From: a virus | Lineage: Duplodnaviria > Heunggongvirae > Uroviricota > Caudoviricetes | Virus record (IMG/VR): IMGVR_UViG_3300029288_000054 | Coordinates: 326,607-388,105 of that record | Direction: 5' to 3' (one strand) | DNA: 61,499 nt | Shown here: piece after piece, positions 39,489 to 49,850 of the stretch | Layout: each line of letters opens with the position of its first letter | How positions within the stretch are numbered: the stretch's first letter is position 1 | Program-made: the position numbers and the translations under genes | Notes under the pieces: model-generated | Told to the model about the DNA's origin: nothing | Seen by the model: the letters and a program-made list of their open reading frames with translations, nothing else | The model's database searches: none

Positions 39489-41440
39489 TGGCAAAGCTTT
39501 TAACACACCTTTCTGCAACACAGGCTGAAGTAATCCATCGATGTCAGCAGTCGACTATATTCTTTCTTAGGAACTTTGGTAAAACTAAGCATCCTTCCGC
39601 TGGTGTTTTACCGCTGAATCCGTTTAGCTATCAAATCAAAGCGTTGACTGCTTTTAGAAAGTATAGATATAACATATTCAAGAAGTCTCGACAAACCGGT
39701 GCTAGCAAAATAGCTGGAGCTTTTGCATTATGGTTTGCGATGTTCTTTATGAATAAGACGGTGCTAATAGTCTCACGTACTGACGAAGACGCTATCAACT
39801 TCCTCAGAGAAAACATCGTTTTCTTATTTCGGCATCTTCCACAATGGATGCAGGACGCCTGGAAGCCGATCAAAGAGAACGAACACGAGATACAATTTCC
39901 GAACGGCTCTCGTATTCGTTCCCTCACTTCGCACCCCGATGTATTGCGATCCAATGCATCTTCTTTGAATATTATCGATGAAGCTGCGTTCATTAGAGAT
40001 ATGGGCGTGATGTGGGCAGCCGGTCAGCCGACCTTGATCCACGGTGGTAGCGTCATTGTGGTATCGACGACATGTGGCGTTGGTGGTTGGTATTGGAGCA
40101 CTTGGACCGATGCTGTTGCCGGATTCAACAATTTCAATCCTATCCAGATTGACTGGTGGGATATGGATTGGGAGATCAGATACCGCGATGCGATGACCGG
40201 CGAGCTTAAGGTCATCGCGCCAACAGCAGGGTTACGCGATTGTGTAACTCCGGAAGAAATAGAGAAGTATGGCCAAAAATGGTCTCCATGGCTTGAAGAT
40301 CAGTACCGCGAACTGCAAGAACGCGGCGAGACTTGGAAGTTCAGGCAAGAAATCTTAGCGGAGTTCGTCGGATCTGGTAGTACTGTGATTGATATGAAAA
40401 TCTTAGCATATCTGCAGACTATCATCAGTGACGAGTTCAAACGTGTTAAGGGTCCGCAGACATATGTTCATCCTGTAAAGAATCAACATCTCAAAATCAA
40501 CTTCAATGGTGGTAATAAGCGAGAGCTAGATAAGGATGAAGGTCTGTGGGTTTGGAGAAAGCCGAATCATGGTAAACGTCCTGTTTATGTAGGCAAGCGT
40601 CTTGTAGATCCGGGTGAGCAGCCGCACCGATATTCAATTGGGATCGATATCGCAACTGGTAAAGGTCGAGACTATTTCGGGTTACAAGTTTTAGATATCG
40701 ATACACAAGAACAAGCCGCAGAGATGATGATACGATGTTATCCGAAAGATTTCAAGTTATTGGCTGATTATATTGGCCGTTGGTATAACAACGCATTGAT
40801 GGTAATAGAACGCAATAATGGTGGCGATGCATTCATAGATGATATGCGCTACGATTTAATGTATCCGAACTTATGGCGGAAGAAAGACATCAACGATAAA
40901 CCGAAAAAGGGTTCGTCTACTGGAGGATCTATAAAACTAGCCGAATACGGCTTTTACACAGGCCAGGCTTCAAAACCAACTCTGAATAAGGCATTGATCG
41001 ATTACTTACACCCTGAAGGCGGTTACAAAATATATAGTCGCCGGTTACTTAAGCAACTACAAATTTACGTCCGCAAAAAAGACAGAACCGGTCGAGACAC
41101 AGATAAAACGGAAGCTGAAGAAGGTCCAGGTAACCATGATGACTTGGTTATGAGTCTAGGTCTTGCTTGTATTGGAGTCAACGATGCAGCAACACAAATG
41201 ATCGGTGGGTTGATTCCATTCCAAGAATCGATGCAAACTGATTTTAGTATTTCTGAAAACTATAGTCCAAGCCAAATAGATGCATCCGTTTTAGCACCTA
41301 TCGGCGGATTTACAGAAGTTTCTCCGGATGTCAGTGTATCAGGCGAAATCATAAGATTCGCTGAGCAGTTGGGTGCGATGCCTGTTAGTGCACAGAATAT
41401 GCCACCAATATCAAATAGGAAGCATACTATAAAGATCTGA
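39488..41440 (+). CDS. gp17: terminase large subunit
   Basis: KSRQTGAS, IIDEAAFI, VSTT, GIDIATGKGRDY, IERNN, HDDLVMS. Confidence 0.95.
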   Translation: MAKLLTHLSATQAEVIHRCQQSTIFFLRNFGKTKHPSAGVLPLNPFSYQIKALTAFRKYRYNIFKKSRQTGASKIAGAFALWFAMFFMNKTVLIVSRTDEDAINFLRENIVFLFRHLPQWMQDAWKPIKENEHEIQFPNGSRIRSLTSHPDVLRSNASSLNIIDEAAFIRDMGVMWAAGQPTLIHGGSVIVVSTTCGVGGWYWSTWTDAVAGFNNFNPIQIDWWDMDWEIRYRDAMTGELKVIAPTAGLRDCVTPEEIEKYGQKWSPWLEDQYRELQERGETWKFRQEILAEFVGSGSTVIDMKILAYLQTIISDEFKRVKGPQTYVHPVKNQHLKINFNGGNKRELDKDEGLWVWRKPNHGKRPVYVGKRLVDPGEQPHRYSIGIDIATGKGRDYFGLQVLDIDTQEQAAEMMIRCYPKDFKLLADYIGRWYNNALMVIERNNGGDAFIDDMRYDLMYPNLWRKKDINDKPKKGSSTGGSIKLAEYGFYTGQASKPTLNKALIDYLHPEGGYKIYSRRLLKQLQIYVRKKDRTGRDTDKTEAEEGPGNHDDLVMSLGLACIGVNDAATQMIGGLIPFQESMQTDFSISENYSPSQIDASVLAPIGGFTEVSPDVSVSGEIIRFAEQLGAMPVSAQNMPPISNRKHTIKI

Positions 41441-41474
41441 TATCTTCACCTGAAACATATTTTAGGTGAAGATC

Positions 41475-42371
41475 ATGCAATGCTCGCTCAGCTTACCATC
41501 ATATGTCGTTAATAGTAGTACGGAAACTATAAACTGGGGTTTGGTATGCGCAGGAATTCCAAACATATGGAAAATCACTAAAGGTCGTAATATCAAAGTC
41601 GCTGTACTCGATACTGGAATAGCACAACGACATCAAGACTTAGTAGGCTCTGTACTTGCTAGTGCCGACTTCACTGGTAGTAAAGGTGTCGAGGATAAAA
41701 TTGGGCACGGCACATTCTGTGCTGGTGTTATTGGTGCACGTCAGAATAATTTCGGAGTTATCGGAGTTGCACCAGAGTGTCAATTGCTAATCGGTAAAGT
41801 TGTAAATGATAGCGGTGCTTGCTACGATCAGGCAGTTGTGAATGGTCTTAATTGGGCTGTTGCTCAAGGTGCCGACGTCATCTCTATGAGCATAGGAACG
41901 CCATGCTCAACCGATTTATTACATAATGCCATAATTGCAGCATCACAGAAAGTGTGTATTGTTTGCGCTGCTGGTAATAATGGGTCGACTTTGGACGCCA
42001 TAAATTATCCAGCCAGATATCTTGAGACCATTGGTGTCGGTGCCATAGATCGCAACAAACGTCTCGCTGGTTATTCATCTCGCGGAGATCGTGTCGATAT
42101 TGTAGCACCGGGCGATAAGATTGTGTCATGCTGGCCACCTAATAGCATAGCAATGTTAAGCGGTACCAGCATGGCATGTCCATTTGTAGCTGGTATCGTA
42201 GCGCTTGTCGCCGCTGATCGTAAGAATGACGGAAGAGCACCATTAACTAAAGATCAAGTGGTTAGTCTATTATCAGAGGCGTCTATCAGTATTGGGCAGA
42301 TTGGCAGCGGCCATGGTCTTTTGGACCCAGCGGCTTTATTGCGTGAATCTGAAGAGCACTACCCAAAATAA
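41475..42371 (+). CDS. subtilisin-family (S8) serine peptidase
   Basis: VAVLDTG, HGTFCAG, AAGN, SGTSMACP: intact D/H/S triad; no signal peptide. Confidence 0.93.
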   Translation: MQCSLSLPSYVVNSSTETINWGLVCAGIPNIWKITKGRNIKVAVLDTGIAQRHQDLVGSVLASADFTGSKGVEDKIGHGTFCAGVIGARQNNFGVIGVAPECQLLIGKVVNDSGACYDQAVVNGLNWAVAQGADVISMSIGTPCSTDLLHNAIIAASQKVCIVCAAGNNGSTLDAINYPARYLETIGVGAIDRNKRLAGYSSRGDRVDIVAPGDKIVSCWPPNSIAMLSGTSMACPFVAGIVALVAADRKNDGRAPLTKDQVVSLLSEASISIGQIGSGHGLLDPAALLRESEEHYPK

Positions 42372-42482
42372 CTGTGCTGAAGTAGATACACTATAGTCGG
42401 CTTGCCTGACCTGCCGAGAAATATATCCGTATGAAAAGATACGACAGTGAAAACTCGCGCTCTCCATATAGGTTAGGTAACT

Positions 42483-44402
42483 ATGCCTGCTAACTGGTTA
42501 GTTTGGGATCGGATTAGAGAATTTACCCGTTCTAACCGTATCTATCAACAGGAGCGGATACTTCAAGACCAATCTTCGATAGATAAACTAGCTGTCGGCG
42601 GGGATTTTCTAGACTTTTCTAGCCAGAATGCTATCCTACAGCAAACTAACCTTCAAATCAACCGTTTGGAGAGGTATAAAGACTATGAGCAGATGGATCA
42701 GACTGGCGAAATCTCTCTGGCTCTGGATCTTTATAGCGACGAATGCAGTCTTATAGATCCCGAATATAAGCACGGGTTGATTATTCGAGCTGCGAACAGG
42801 AGAATCAAAGAAGAGCTAGAGGAATTATTCTTTGATACGTTACTTATTGACCGATGGCTACGCCCGGCTGCTAGATATCTCTGTAAATTCGGTGATGCCG
42901 CTTTTGAGGTTGTCACTGATCGAAACCGCACTGGAATTTCATCATTGCGGTTCATGAATATCTATAACTTTACTCGAATTGAGACAAGGTTCGGCGATTT
43001 AGTAGGATTCTTCTATCAAGATGATATGTATCCAGAGCCGGTATTCATGCACCCATGGTCTTGCATGCATATGCGCCTGACGAATTTCGAATCAGTCTAT
43101 GCGCCATATGGCCGAGCTGTTATAGATGGTTCTCGCAAACCATTTAAACAATTGCGATTGATGGAAGATGCTTCGCTCATTTATCGAATAACGAGAGGTC
43201 CAGAAAAGCGAAAATACAAAATTCCGGTTGGAATGATTCCTCCTAAAGAGATTCCGGAATATCTGCTGAGCATTGCAAGAATGTTTAAGCGGCAGCGATT
43301 TTATAATCCAACTACTGGCACATTCGACGAGAGATTCTCACCAATCGTCCAAGAAGACGATTTCTTTCTACCGATGCGTCCTGATGGTTCTGGGCCAGAT
43401 ATTGAGGTTCTCCCTGGTGGCGAGAATATGGATAAGATATCTGACATCGAATACTTCAAGAAGAAAATGATTTCTCCCTTGAAGATACCATTTGCTAGGG
43501 TGGGTATTGGTGAAGGTGCTGGAGAACCAAACGAGAAATCATTAGCACAATCTGACGCCGAATTCGCTAAGGCCGTCCAATGGGTACAATCAGAAATAGC
43601 CCTTAGCCTACAGAAGATAGGAATTATTCATCTGGCTCTCCGAGGATATACGGTACAAGATATTAAGGGATTTAGTCTGTCGCTTGCTTCCAGCTCGGCG
43701 CTTGACGACCTCTACAGGATGGAGACTTGGGCTACTAGAGTTAGTGTTATGGCCGATCTGAAGGAAATTGGATGGTTCCCGAAGACCTGGATTGTCACTA
43801 GATTCACCGACCTATCACCTGATGAGATTCAGGAGATGGAAGAACTCGCCGAAGAGGAATCTGAAGGCCAGGGTGAAGGCGAAGAAGGTGGTGGTGGCGG
43901 CATTGGCGGAGATATGGGCGGTGACTTAGGTGGTGGAGAGGGCGACGACTTTGATATGGATGTTGATGTCGACACTGGTGAAGAGGGCGGCGAAGAGGGC
44001 GGAGAGGGTGGCGAAGGGGAAGAAGAAGGTGAAGAAGAGTTCGAGATAGAAGGCAAGAAGATCGAGCGTAAAGTAATTCTAGAGATACGCAAGGACGCTC
44101 GACGTAAGAAGCGATACAGTAATTTGGTCAAGGTGTCGCAGCGTGCCAAAAGAGCTTCAAACCCGTTCCAATTCTTGTTGGAATCAAAAGAGTTGGATGG
44201 TCTTACTAGATCTCTTCCCAAAAATGATGACGTATTGACTGAAGACGTGAATGGCAGTGAAGGTTTGCTGGTGGAATGGTCTGTGCCGGAGAAAGACCGC
44301 ATTGAGGCGATAGCGGAAATCAGGAATGTCCTCAGGGGTCAGCCGGTGGCAATAGCAACTGAGAATGATACTGATATTAGCCAAGATGACTTACCCACTT
44401 AG
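42483..44402 (+). CDS. gp20: portal protein
   Basis: YKDYEQMD, LRLMEDASLIYRITRGPEKR, EDDFFLP, LPGGEN, DIEYFKKK; acidic Gly-rich tail. Confidence 0.95.
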   Translation: MPANWLVWDRIREFTRSNRIYQQERILQDQSSIDKLAVGGDFLDFSSQNAILQQTNLQINRLERYKDYEQMDQTGEISLALDLYSDECSLIDPEYKHGLIIRAANRRIKEELEELFFDTLLIDRWLRPAARYLCKFGDAAFEVVTDRNRTGISSLRFMNIYNFTRIETRFGDLVGFFYQDDMYPEPVFMHPWSCMHMRLTNFESVYAPYGRAVIDGSRKPFKQLRLMEDASLIYRITRGPEKRKYKIPVGMIPPKEIPEYLLSIARMFKRQRFYNPTTGTFDERFSPIVQEDDFFLPMRPDGSGPDIEVLPGGENMDKISDIEYFKKKMISPLKIPFARVGIGEGAGEPNEKSLAQSDAEFAKAVQWVQSEIALSLQKIGIIHLALRGYTVQDIKGFSLSLASSSALDDLYRMETWATRVSVMADLKEIGWFPKTWIVTRFTDLSPDEIQEMEELAEEESEGQGEGEEGGGGGIGGDMGGDLGGGEGDDFDMDVDVDTGEEGGEEGGEGGEGEEEGEEEFEIEGKKIERKVILEIRKDARRKKRYSNLVKVSQRAKRASNPFQFLLESKELDGLTRSLPKNDDVLTEDVNGSEGLLVEWSVPEKDRIEAIAEIRNVLRGQPVAIATENDTDISQDDLPT

Positions 44403-44476
44403 AAGCAAACATTATTATATAAGCCAATCGAACTCTCCGAGTGTCGGAGCTGGTTGCAATCAAAGGGAGCTACTAC

Positions 44477-47400
44477 ATGGCCACTAAAGCCGAATGCCTC
44501 GTATTGGATAGCAGGAAGTTTCTTGGGACTATCAACAATTCTGCCCAAAGCAAAGTGGCTATGTATGAATCACTAGTCACCCAGCTCGGACAGCGTGTTG
44601 GAGCCAAGTGGCGGCTTGCGGCTCTCAACGAGGGCAACTTGTTCATCGAAGACACCAGCAATGGTGGTTACTACGCCGCGATCTACCAGCACTTACGTGG
44701 TGGTAAGGTGAACATAACGAATGTTCGCCCAATCAAAATCGTTGAAGGCCAGAAGCAGTCATTGTTCGAACAAGACTGTCACGGTTTGGTCAATGCTATC
44801 GAGGCGAATGATCAACGAGCTATGCGGACGACATTCAACAACCTTGCCGCCCACAAATTTTCTCCCCGCACACTGCCATCATCCGGCGTCATTCGTACAC
44901 GTGATGGTGTAATTCGTCGGCTTCAGGTCGAAGCACATCTGCACGGCTGGGACGACACCCAGAAGCAGAAGTTGGTGAAGGCTTTGGTTGAGAGCCTGTC
45001 GGATTCCGTCGTGCTCGAAAACGGCAGGGTCATCAGTGCTAGCTTCAATAGCGAGCGTCGTCAAAAGCTGCCGGTAAGCGAGTGGACATGCCGCAAGGTT
45101 GTCGGCACCCATATGCGTGAATCGGCCAAGCAGGCTTACAAGTCTGACGGATTCCAGAAACGCATCTACAAGATTGCCCAGTTGGTCGACGGCGATAAGA
45201 TTTCTGAAGCCGTCGCTGGCATCAAGGATTTCTTGGTCGAGCAGCAGGAATTCTGCTTACTGACACGCCAAGAGAGCAAGACACTCATCGAAAACACTCT
45301 GGCGTCCAGAGCAGTCATGAACCAACAGCTATGCAATGACGTTGCTACGCTGTTCTATCGCACAAACCTGAAAGTCAACCATGACTCCATTGTCAAGGAA
45401 TGGCGTGCGACGGCTGTGAAGTCGCAGCATCCGACACTCCTAGAGAACGTGAATGTTCTCGAAAAGACGAAGGACTTCGACGGCGACTACGACAAGTTTT
45501 TGAATATGACCTTCAACGAAGCCTTGTCGCCGCGTGATGAGGAAGTGAAGGCATATCGCACTGCTCTCGATCTGCTCCGCAACAGCCCCAAGATTCAAGA
45601 GGATGTTGAACTCAAGGAGAAAGTCGATGAGCTGATCGACAAACTATCCGAATCTGAAGTCGACGACGCCACGGTTTATCTGGTTCGCGAAACATTGGCT
45701 TCGGCTCACAAAGAGCTTGAGGCGATGGATACGCTGAACGATTACGACACCCACGGTGGACCAGAAACCAACGCCGGAATCGATGCCGGTGAAGAGCTTG
45801 GTGGTGAGATCGGCGGCGACCTTGATGGTGTCGCTGGTGGCGCTGGACAACCAAATATTGTCATCAACTCGCCTCTGATTCAAATTGGTGGTACATCCGG
45901 TGCCCCAGAAGGTGAAGCGGACCTCGGTGCCGATCTTGGTGGTGACGAGCTTGGTGGTGACGAGCTTGGTGGTGACGAGCTTGGTGGTGAAGAAGGCGGC
46001 GAGGAAGACCTCGAAGCACTCGGACTCGGCGACGAGGAAGAGGAAGGCGAAGAGGGGTTGGACGATCTCGGACTCGGTGGTGAGGAAGAAGACGAAGACG
46101 TCAACATCAACCTCGACAGCAAACAGAAGACCGAAACGCCTGTATCTGAGCGTGTCGCACGTAAGGCCCTCGGTATGGCCGAGGACAAGGAGTGGCTCAA
46201 GAACAAGATTGCCGAAAGAGAAGGCAAGAAGGACGAGGGCGACAAGAAGGATGAAGGCAGCGAAGGCAGCGAAGGCAGCGAAGAGGTCGATGAGTGCGAG
46301 ATGGAGTGTGATGAAGACGCCGATCCGTACGCCATGGGCGAGTCGGTCGAGTTCACTTCTAGCATGGGCATCGATTACGGTCGATCCATCCTCCGCGACG
46401 AAATGGACGACGTAGTTTCCAATATGTTCAAACTCGCCGAATCCAAGAATGTCGATCTTGAAGACATCGACGCACACAAGCTAGCGTTGGAGGCGATTAC
46501 TGCTTCTGGTCTGCGGATTCCGGAACACCGTATCAATGCCACTGTCGATAGCATTGTCGAACAGTTCAACCAGATTGCCGAAGATCAATATAAGAGCGGC
46601 ACTCTGATGCGTCGGCGTAATCCTCGACGCTCAAGCCTGGATAAGACTGAGCGGAAGAAACCATCCGGCAATAGTGTTGCTGAAATTGATGACGGAACGC
46701 CGCCAGAGGCCGATGCTGGTATAACCGGCGAAGGTCCGAAGAACGAATCGCGTATTCGACGCAATATCGTGTGGCTTGAACATGATGAGAGCGGCAAGGG
46801 GATCAAGGGTGATCTTGATGGTGTTCGATTCATCCTCGATTACGCTGAACCTTTCGTCATTCTCAGTGAAGATGGCAACGTGAATGTGCCAATTCCAGAA
46901 AATCTGTTCGAGAGTGCATTGTGTGCCGCTGGCTTAAGAGACGGCGACAGCAAACCATTTTCGAAGTGGCTCGCCCAAGGCATCGAGCAGTTCCGGCCAA
47001 TCACAGAAGAGGAAGACAATGCTCTTCAAGAAGCCGTAGCGACTATTACTGCTGGTAGCGACGGGTCAGTTTCGGTCTCGGTCGACACCGGTGTTGAAGG
47101 TGGCGGTGAAGAGCCGCAAGTCGACATCATTGGTGTCGGTGGTGCTGAGATGGGCGGAGAGATGGACATGGGTGGTGCTGGTGAGCAGAACGGGATGCAA
47201 CCAGTGACCGACCAGGGCATCGAACCCGAATCACCAGAAGCCCCGGAGGCTATTGCCGATGAGATGCCTAACTTTGAGGCTGGTAACACACCTGAACCCG
47301 AAGAGCAGCCCGAGGAGGAAATCGAGGGCGAAGAGAAAATCGTGGAAGATAAGGACATCACTGATCCGAAAAAGAGTGACTACGACACGACAAAGCAGGA

Positions 47401-47551
47401 TCACCGCGAGCCTCCAAAGGAGAAGGGTGCACAGAAGCCTAAGGGTAAAGGCAAAGAGCTAGAGGGCTTCGACTCAAATGGCAAGGTTGACGTCAGCGTT
47501 AAGGACGCTGGCAATCTCAAGCCCGTTAAGGCTGGCGAGAACAGAATCTAG
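44477..47551 (+). CDS. large acidic prohead core / internal head protein (putative)
   Basis: GGGAG SD before ATG 44477; follows portal; E/D/G-rich; many [LIV]xE sites; capsid-like codon bias. Confidence 0.6.
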   Translation: MATKAECLVLDSRKFLGTINNSAQSKVAMYESLVTQLGQRVGAKWRLAALNEGNLFIEDTSNGGYYAAIYQHLRGGKVNITNVRPIKIVEGQKQSLFEQDCHGLVNAIEANDQRAMRTTFNNLAAHKFSPRTLPSSGVIRTRDGVIRRLQVEAHLHGWDDTQKQKLVKALVESLSDSVVLENGRVISASFNSERRQKLPVSEWTCRKVVGTHMRESAKQAYKSDGFQKRIYKIAQLVDGDKISEAVAGIKDFLVEQQEFCLLTRQESKTLIENTLASRAVMNQQLCNDVATLFYRTNLKVNHDSIVKEWRATAVKSQHPTLLENVNVLEKTKDFDGDYDKFLNMTFNEALSPRDEEVKAYRTALDLLRNSPKIQEDVELKEKVDELIDKLSESEVDDATVYLVRETLASAHKELEAMDTLNDYDTHGGPETNAGIDAGEELGGEIGGDLDGVAGGAGQPNIVINSPLIQIGGTSGAPEGEADLGADLGGDELGGDELGGDELGGEEGGEEDLEALGLGDEEEEGEEGLDDLGLGGEEEDEDVNINLDSKQKTETPVSERVARKALGMAEDKEWLKNKIAEREGKKDEGDKKDEGSEGSEGSEEVDECEMECDEDADPYAMGESVEFTSSMGIDYGRSILRDEMDDVVSNMFKLAESKNVDLEDIDAHKLALEAITASGLRIPEHRINATVDSIVEQFNQIAEDQYKSGTLMRRRNPRRSSLDKTERKKPSGNSVAEIDDGTPPEADAGITGEGPKNESRIRRNIVWLEHDESGKGIKGDLDGVRFILDYAEPFVILSEDGNVNVPIPENLFESALCAAGLRDGDSKPFSKWLAQGIEQFRPITEEEDNALQEAVATITAGSDGSVSVSVDTGVEGGGEEPQVDIIGVGGAEMGGEMDMGGAGEQNGMQPVTDQGIEPESPEAPEAIADEMPNFEAGNTPEPEEQPEEEIEGEEKIVEDKDITDPKKSDYDTTKQDHREPPKEKGAQKPKGKGKELEGFDSNGKVDVSVKDAGNLKPVKAGENRI
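45935..45990 (+). repeat. 15-bp tandem repeat CTTGGTGGTGACGAG, 3 copies plus a partial (LGGDE)
   Basis: Exact in-frame tandem copies. Confidence 0.9.
46253..46279 (+). repeat. 9-bp tandem repeat GAAGGCAGC x3 (EGS)
   Basis: Exact in-frame tandem copies. Confidence 0.85.
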
Positions 47552-47555
47552 TATT

Positions 47556-48014
47556 ATGCCCAAGAGTTGGAATAATATTCCCGGCGACTCGTCATACAAT
47601 GTCTATCTCGATGGTGGAGTCCTGTACCTTGAGAATGACAATGAGGTACCGGGAGTAGTTCAACGAGAACTATTCCCGGTACTCAGACGTGTCGTTGGGC
47701 GTAGATTCCGAGCCAACCAGTTATTGATTTCTTTTTCTGTCGATTGGTTGACATCTGGCACTTATTATGAAGGTAGCCGTGATACTCCATCTGATCTCGA
47801 TTCTGAATTCAGATTAGCTGGCCCTATCGAATATAATATTGAATATGGTGACAAGCGGCATCGTGGCAAGCTATCTACAGAAGCCAGCCAAGTGTTATTT
47901 CAGCTTGTTGAGCAAGATATTGTTGATAAGAATCCAGTCGATAAATATCTCTATGACGATTCTCTTGGCGAGAACTATTTTGAGCGCACTTTAAATAGAG
48001 TGCTACTCTCTTAA
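47556..48014 (+). CDS. hypothetical protein
   Basis: ATG 4 nt after the upstream stop (MPKSWNN...). Confidence 0.55.
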   Translation: MPKSWNNIPGDSSYNVYLDGGVLYLENDNEVPGVVQRELFPVLRRVVGRRFRANQLLISFSVDWLTSGTYYEGSRDTPSDLDSEFRLAGPIEYNIEYGDKRHRGKLSTEASQVLFQLVEQDIVDKNPVDKYLYDDSLGENYFERTLNRVLLS

Positions 48015-48073
48015 TATTCAGCAAAGATAATAGGGTTTTACCTCTGACTCTTATTTGCGTGGCTGAGGAATAT

Positions 48074-49054
48074 ATGCTCACAGGCATAATGGCCATCTTT
48101 AGTGCGATTTTCAGTGTAATAGCCAAAATCATATCGTTCATACCGTGGTGGTTTTGGGTTTGTTTGGCGATATTTCTGCTCGGCGGTTGGGTGTTTCATG
48201 GCGGTTCATGTCGTGATTTCGCTTGTAGCAGACATCGCGAGCCTAAACCAACTAAATGGGCTGAATATACAGTAACTAGTGCACTTACTGGGACAAGCCT
48301 AGAGGCTCGTATAGGTGCCCGTGGTCGGCGAACTAAATCTATAAATCTCGCTTATGTTGCCGCTCCATCAAATGAGCCGCTTGCTGAAGAGAGCCGCGCT
48401 TCATTAGAACGTCTCGCTGGTAACTTTGTCAGAGTGCCTTATTCAGGCATCAGAAAAATACCGGTTAAACCGGTTGCCGCCGAGCCAGTCAAAGCCGAGC
48501 CAGTCAAAGCTGCACCGGTCAAGACCGAAGAAGAAAAACCGAAACTCGTCAAATGTGACGAGTGTGGTGGCACCGGGAAAATATCTGACACTTGTGAAGT
48601 TAATTGCTTCTTCTGCCAGAAAGATCCAGAATGTCCTGAATGCCATGGGACTGGAAAACTGAAGCTGACTTACGACACTATCGAGAAGTGTCAAAGGATT
48701 ATCGAGAGCCACTGGGGCGATGATGGATGTAAGGGGTGCATAGATAATAATGGCCATCCATGTGCGGCTATTGCTCAACAATTGAAAGATATTGTAAAGG
48801 CCAATCCTAAACCTCAGACAATCAAATGCTTTGAATGTGGCGGGACTGGCAAACATTATGAAGAGCCGCCCGAAGCACAATTAATTGTTGGTTTGGTATA
48901 TAGTGCGTACGGGCAGTGTTTGAATACTGAGCAGGTCCGACTAGGGATGGCGAAATTGCTACCAGAGGCCCCAAAGGATTGGAAGAAGTATGAGGATGAG
49001 GCCAAGAGAAAAAATCTTGGGATTTGGAAGAAAGCGAGTGGTCGTCGCAAGTGA
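48074..49054 (+). CDS. membrane-anchored degenerate thermonuclease (SNase) fold with DnaJ-type Zn-finger insertion
   Basis: N-terminal TM; LNTEQVRLGMA and EDEAKRKNLGIWK SNase C-terminus; three CxxCxGxG repeats. Confidence 0.7.
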   Translation: MLTGIMAIFSAIFSVIAKIISFIPWWFWVCLAIFLLGGWVFHGGSCRDFACSRHREPKPTKWAEYTVTSALTGTSLEARIGARGRRTKSINLAYVAAPSNEPLAEESRASLERLAGNFVRVPYSGIRKIPVKPVAAEPVKAEPVKAAPVKTEEEKPKLVKCDECGGTGKISDTCEVNCFFCQKDPECPECHGTGKLKLTYDTIEKCQRIIESHWGDDGCKGCIDNNGHPCAAIAQQLKDIVKANPKPQTIKCFECGGTGKHYEEPPEAQLIVGLVYSAYGQCLNTEQVRLGMAKLLPEAPKDWKKYEDEAKRKNLGIWKKASGRRK

Positions 49055-49092
49055 TTCCCACTTGGTTAACCTAACCGATAGAGGGTGATACC

Positions 49093-49467
49093 ATGACTCA
49101 GATTATTGGTGTCGTAATTGTCGCACTAGCATTGGTCGCACTTGCAGCTTGGGTGTGGATTACGTGGGGCAAGAGCTCTACAGTCGGCCAGACCACAGGT
49201 GGCAAGATAGTCAGTGCTGCAATTGATACAGCAACTCTAACTGCCAATCTTGGTTATGTCGAACTGTTGAGTAAGATTGATGTCGTGAAAGCATCGCCAG
49301 ATGCGGTCAAGGCATGCGATATTCTTGCAGACACGCTCTGGCAGGGAGCGATTGCGGCATGGAAGACTGCACAAACCGTCGACACCACAACATCCGCTGC
49401 TGTTATCGCTAAAACAGCAAAAGTCACAACTACTGACGGCACTGTTGTGGAGGTTCCTGTCCAATGA
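49093..49467 (+). CDS. N-terminally anchored membrane protein
   Basis: GAGGG SD; hydrophobic N-terminus. Confidence 0.65.
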   Translation: MTQIIGVVIVALALVALAAWVWITWGKSSTVGQTTGGKIVSAAIDTATLTANLGYVELLSKIDVVKASPDAVKACDILADTLWQGAIAAWKTAQTVDTTTSAAVIAKTAKVTTTDGTVVEVPVQ

Positions 49468-49850
49468 CGAAGAAAATACTGCCACCAATCATCATCGTCT
49501 TGTTTCTTGCTATCGGCTTGACGATGATCGTTAAGCCTGACATAGTGCCATTCGGTACTTCCGGGGTGCCGGAGAGAGCCGTCATTTTGCGTGAGACTCA
49601 AGTCGACAAGCCACTATCGGAAGAGTGGGTCGAATTGTTTGCCGGTGCTGAGAAGCTAGGCATATCTGTCTGGGACAAGGATGTGCTTGGGAAGGCAAAG
49701 AAACCTTCGGCTGAAGCACAGCCATTTATTGATGCTGTTGGCGATAAACCACTTCCAATTCTGGCTTTGAAATGGCCTGGTGGTAAGATTACTACTATGC
49801 CATGTCCGTCAAAGTTGGACGCACTTAAGAAAGCCGCAGGCAAACAATGA
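49464..49850 (+). CDS. membrane-anchored or secreted protein
   Basis: Signal-like N-terminus; ATGA-coupled. Confidence 0.65.
   Translation: MTKKILPPIIIVLFLAIGLTMIVKPDIVPFGTSGVPERAVILRETQVDKPLSEEWVELFAGAEKLGISVWDKDVLGKAKKPSAEAQPFIDAVGDKPLPILALKWPGGKITTMPCPSKLDALKKAAGKQ

Noticed and set aside
45644-46477. Long antisense and alternate-frame ORFs in the acidic protein and portal tail
   Set aside because: Products of low-complexity repeats lacking stop codons
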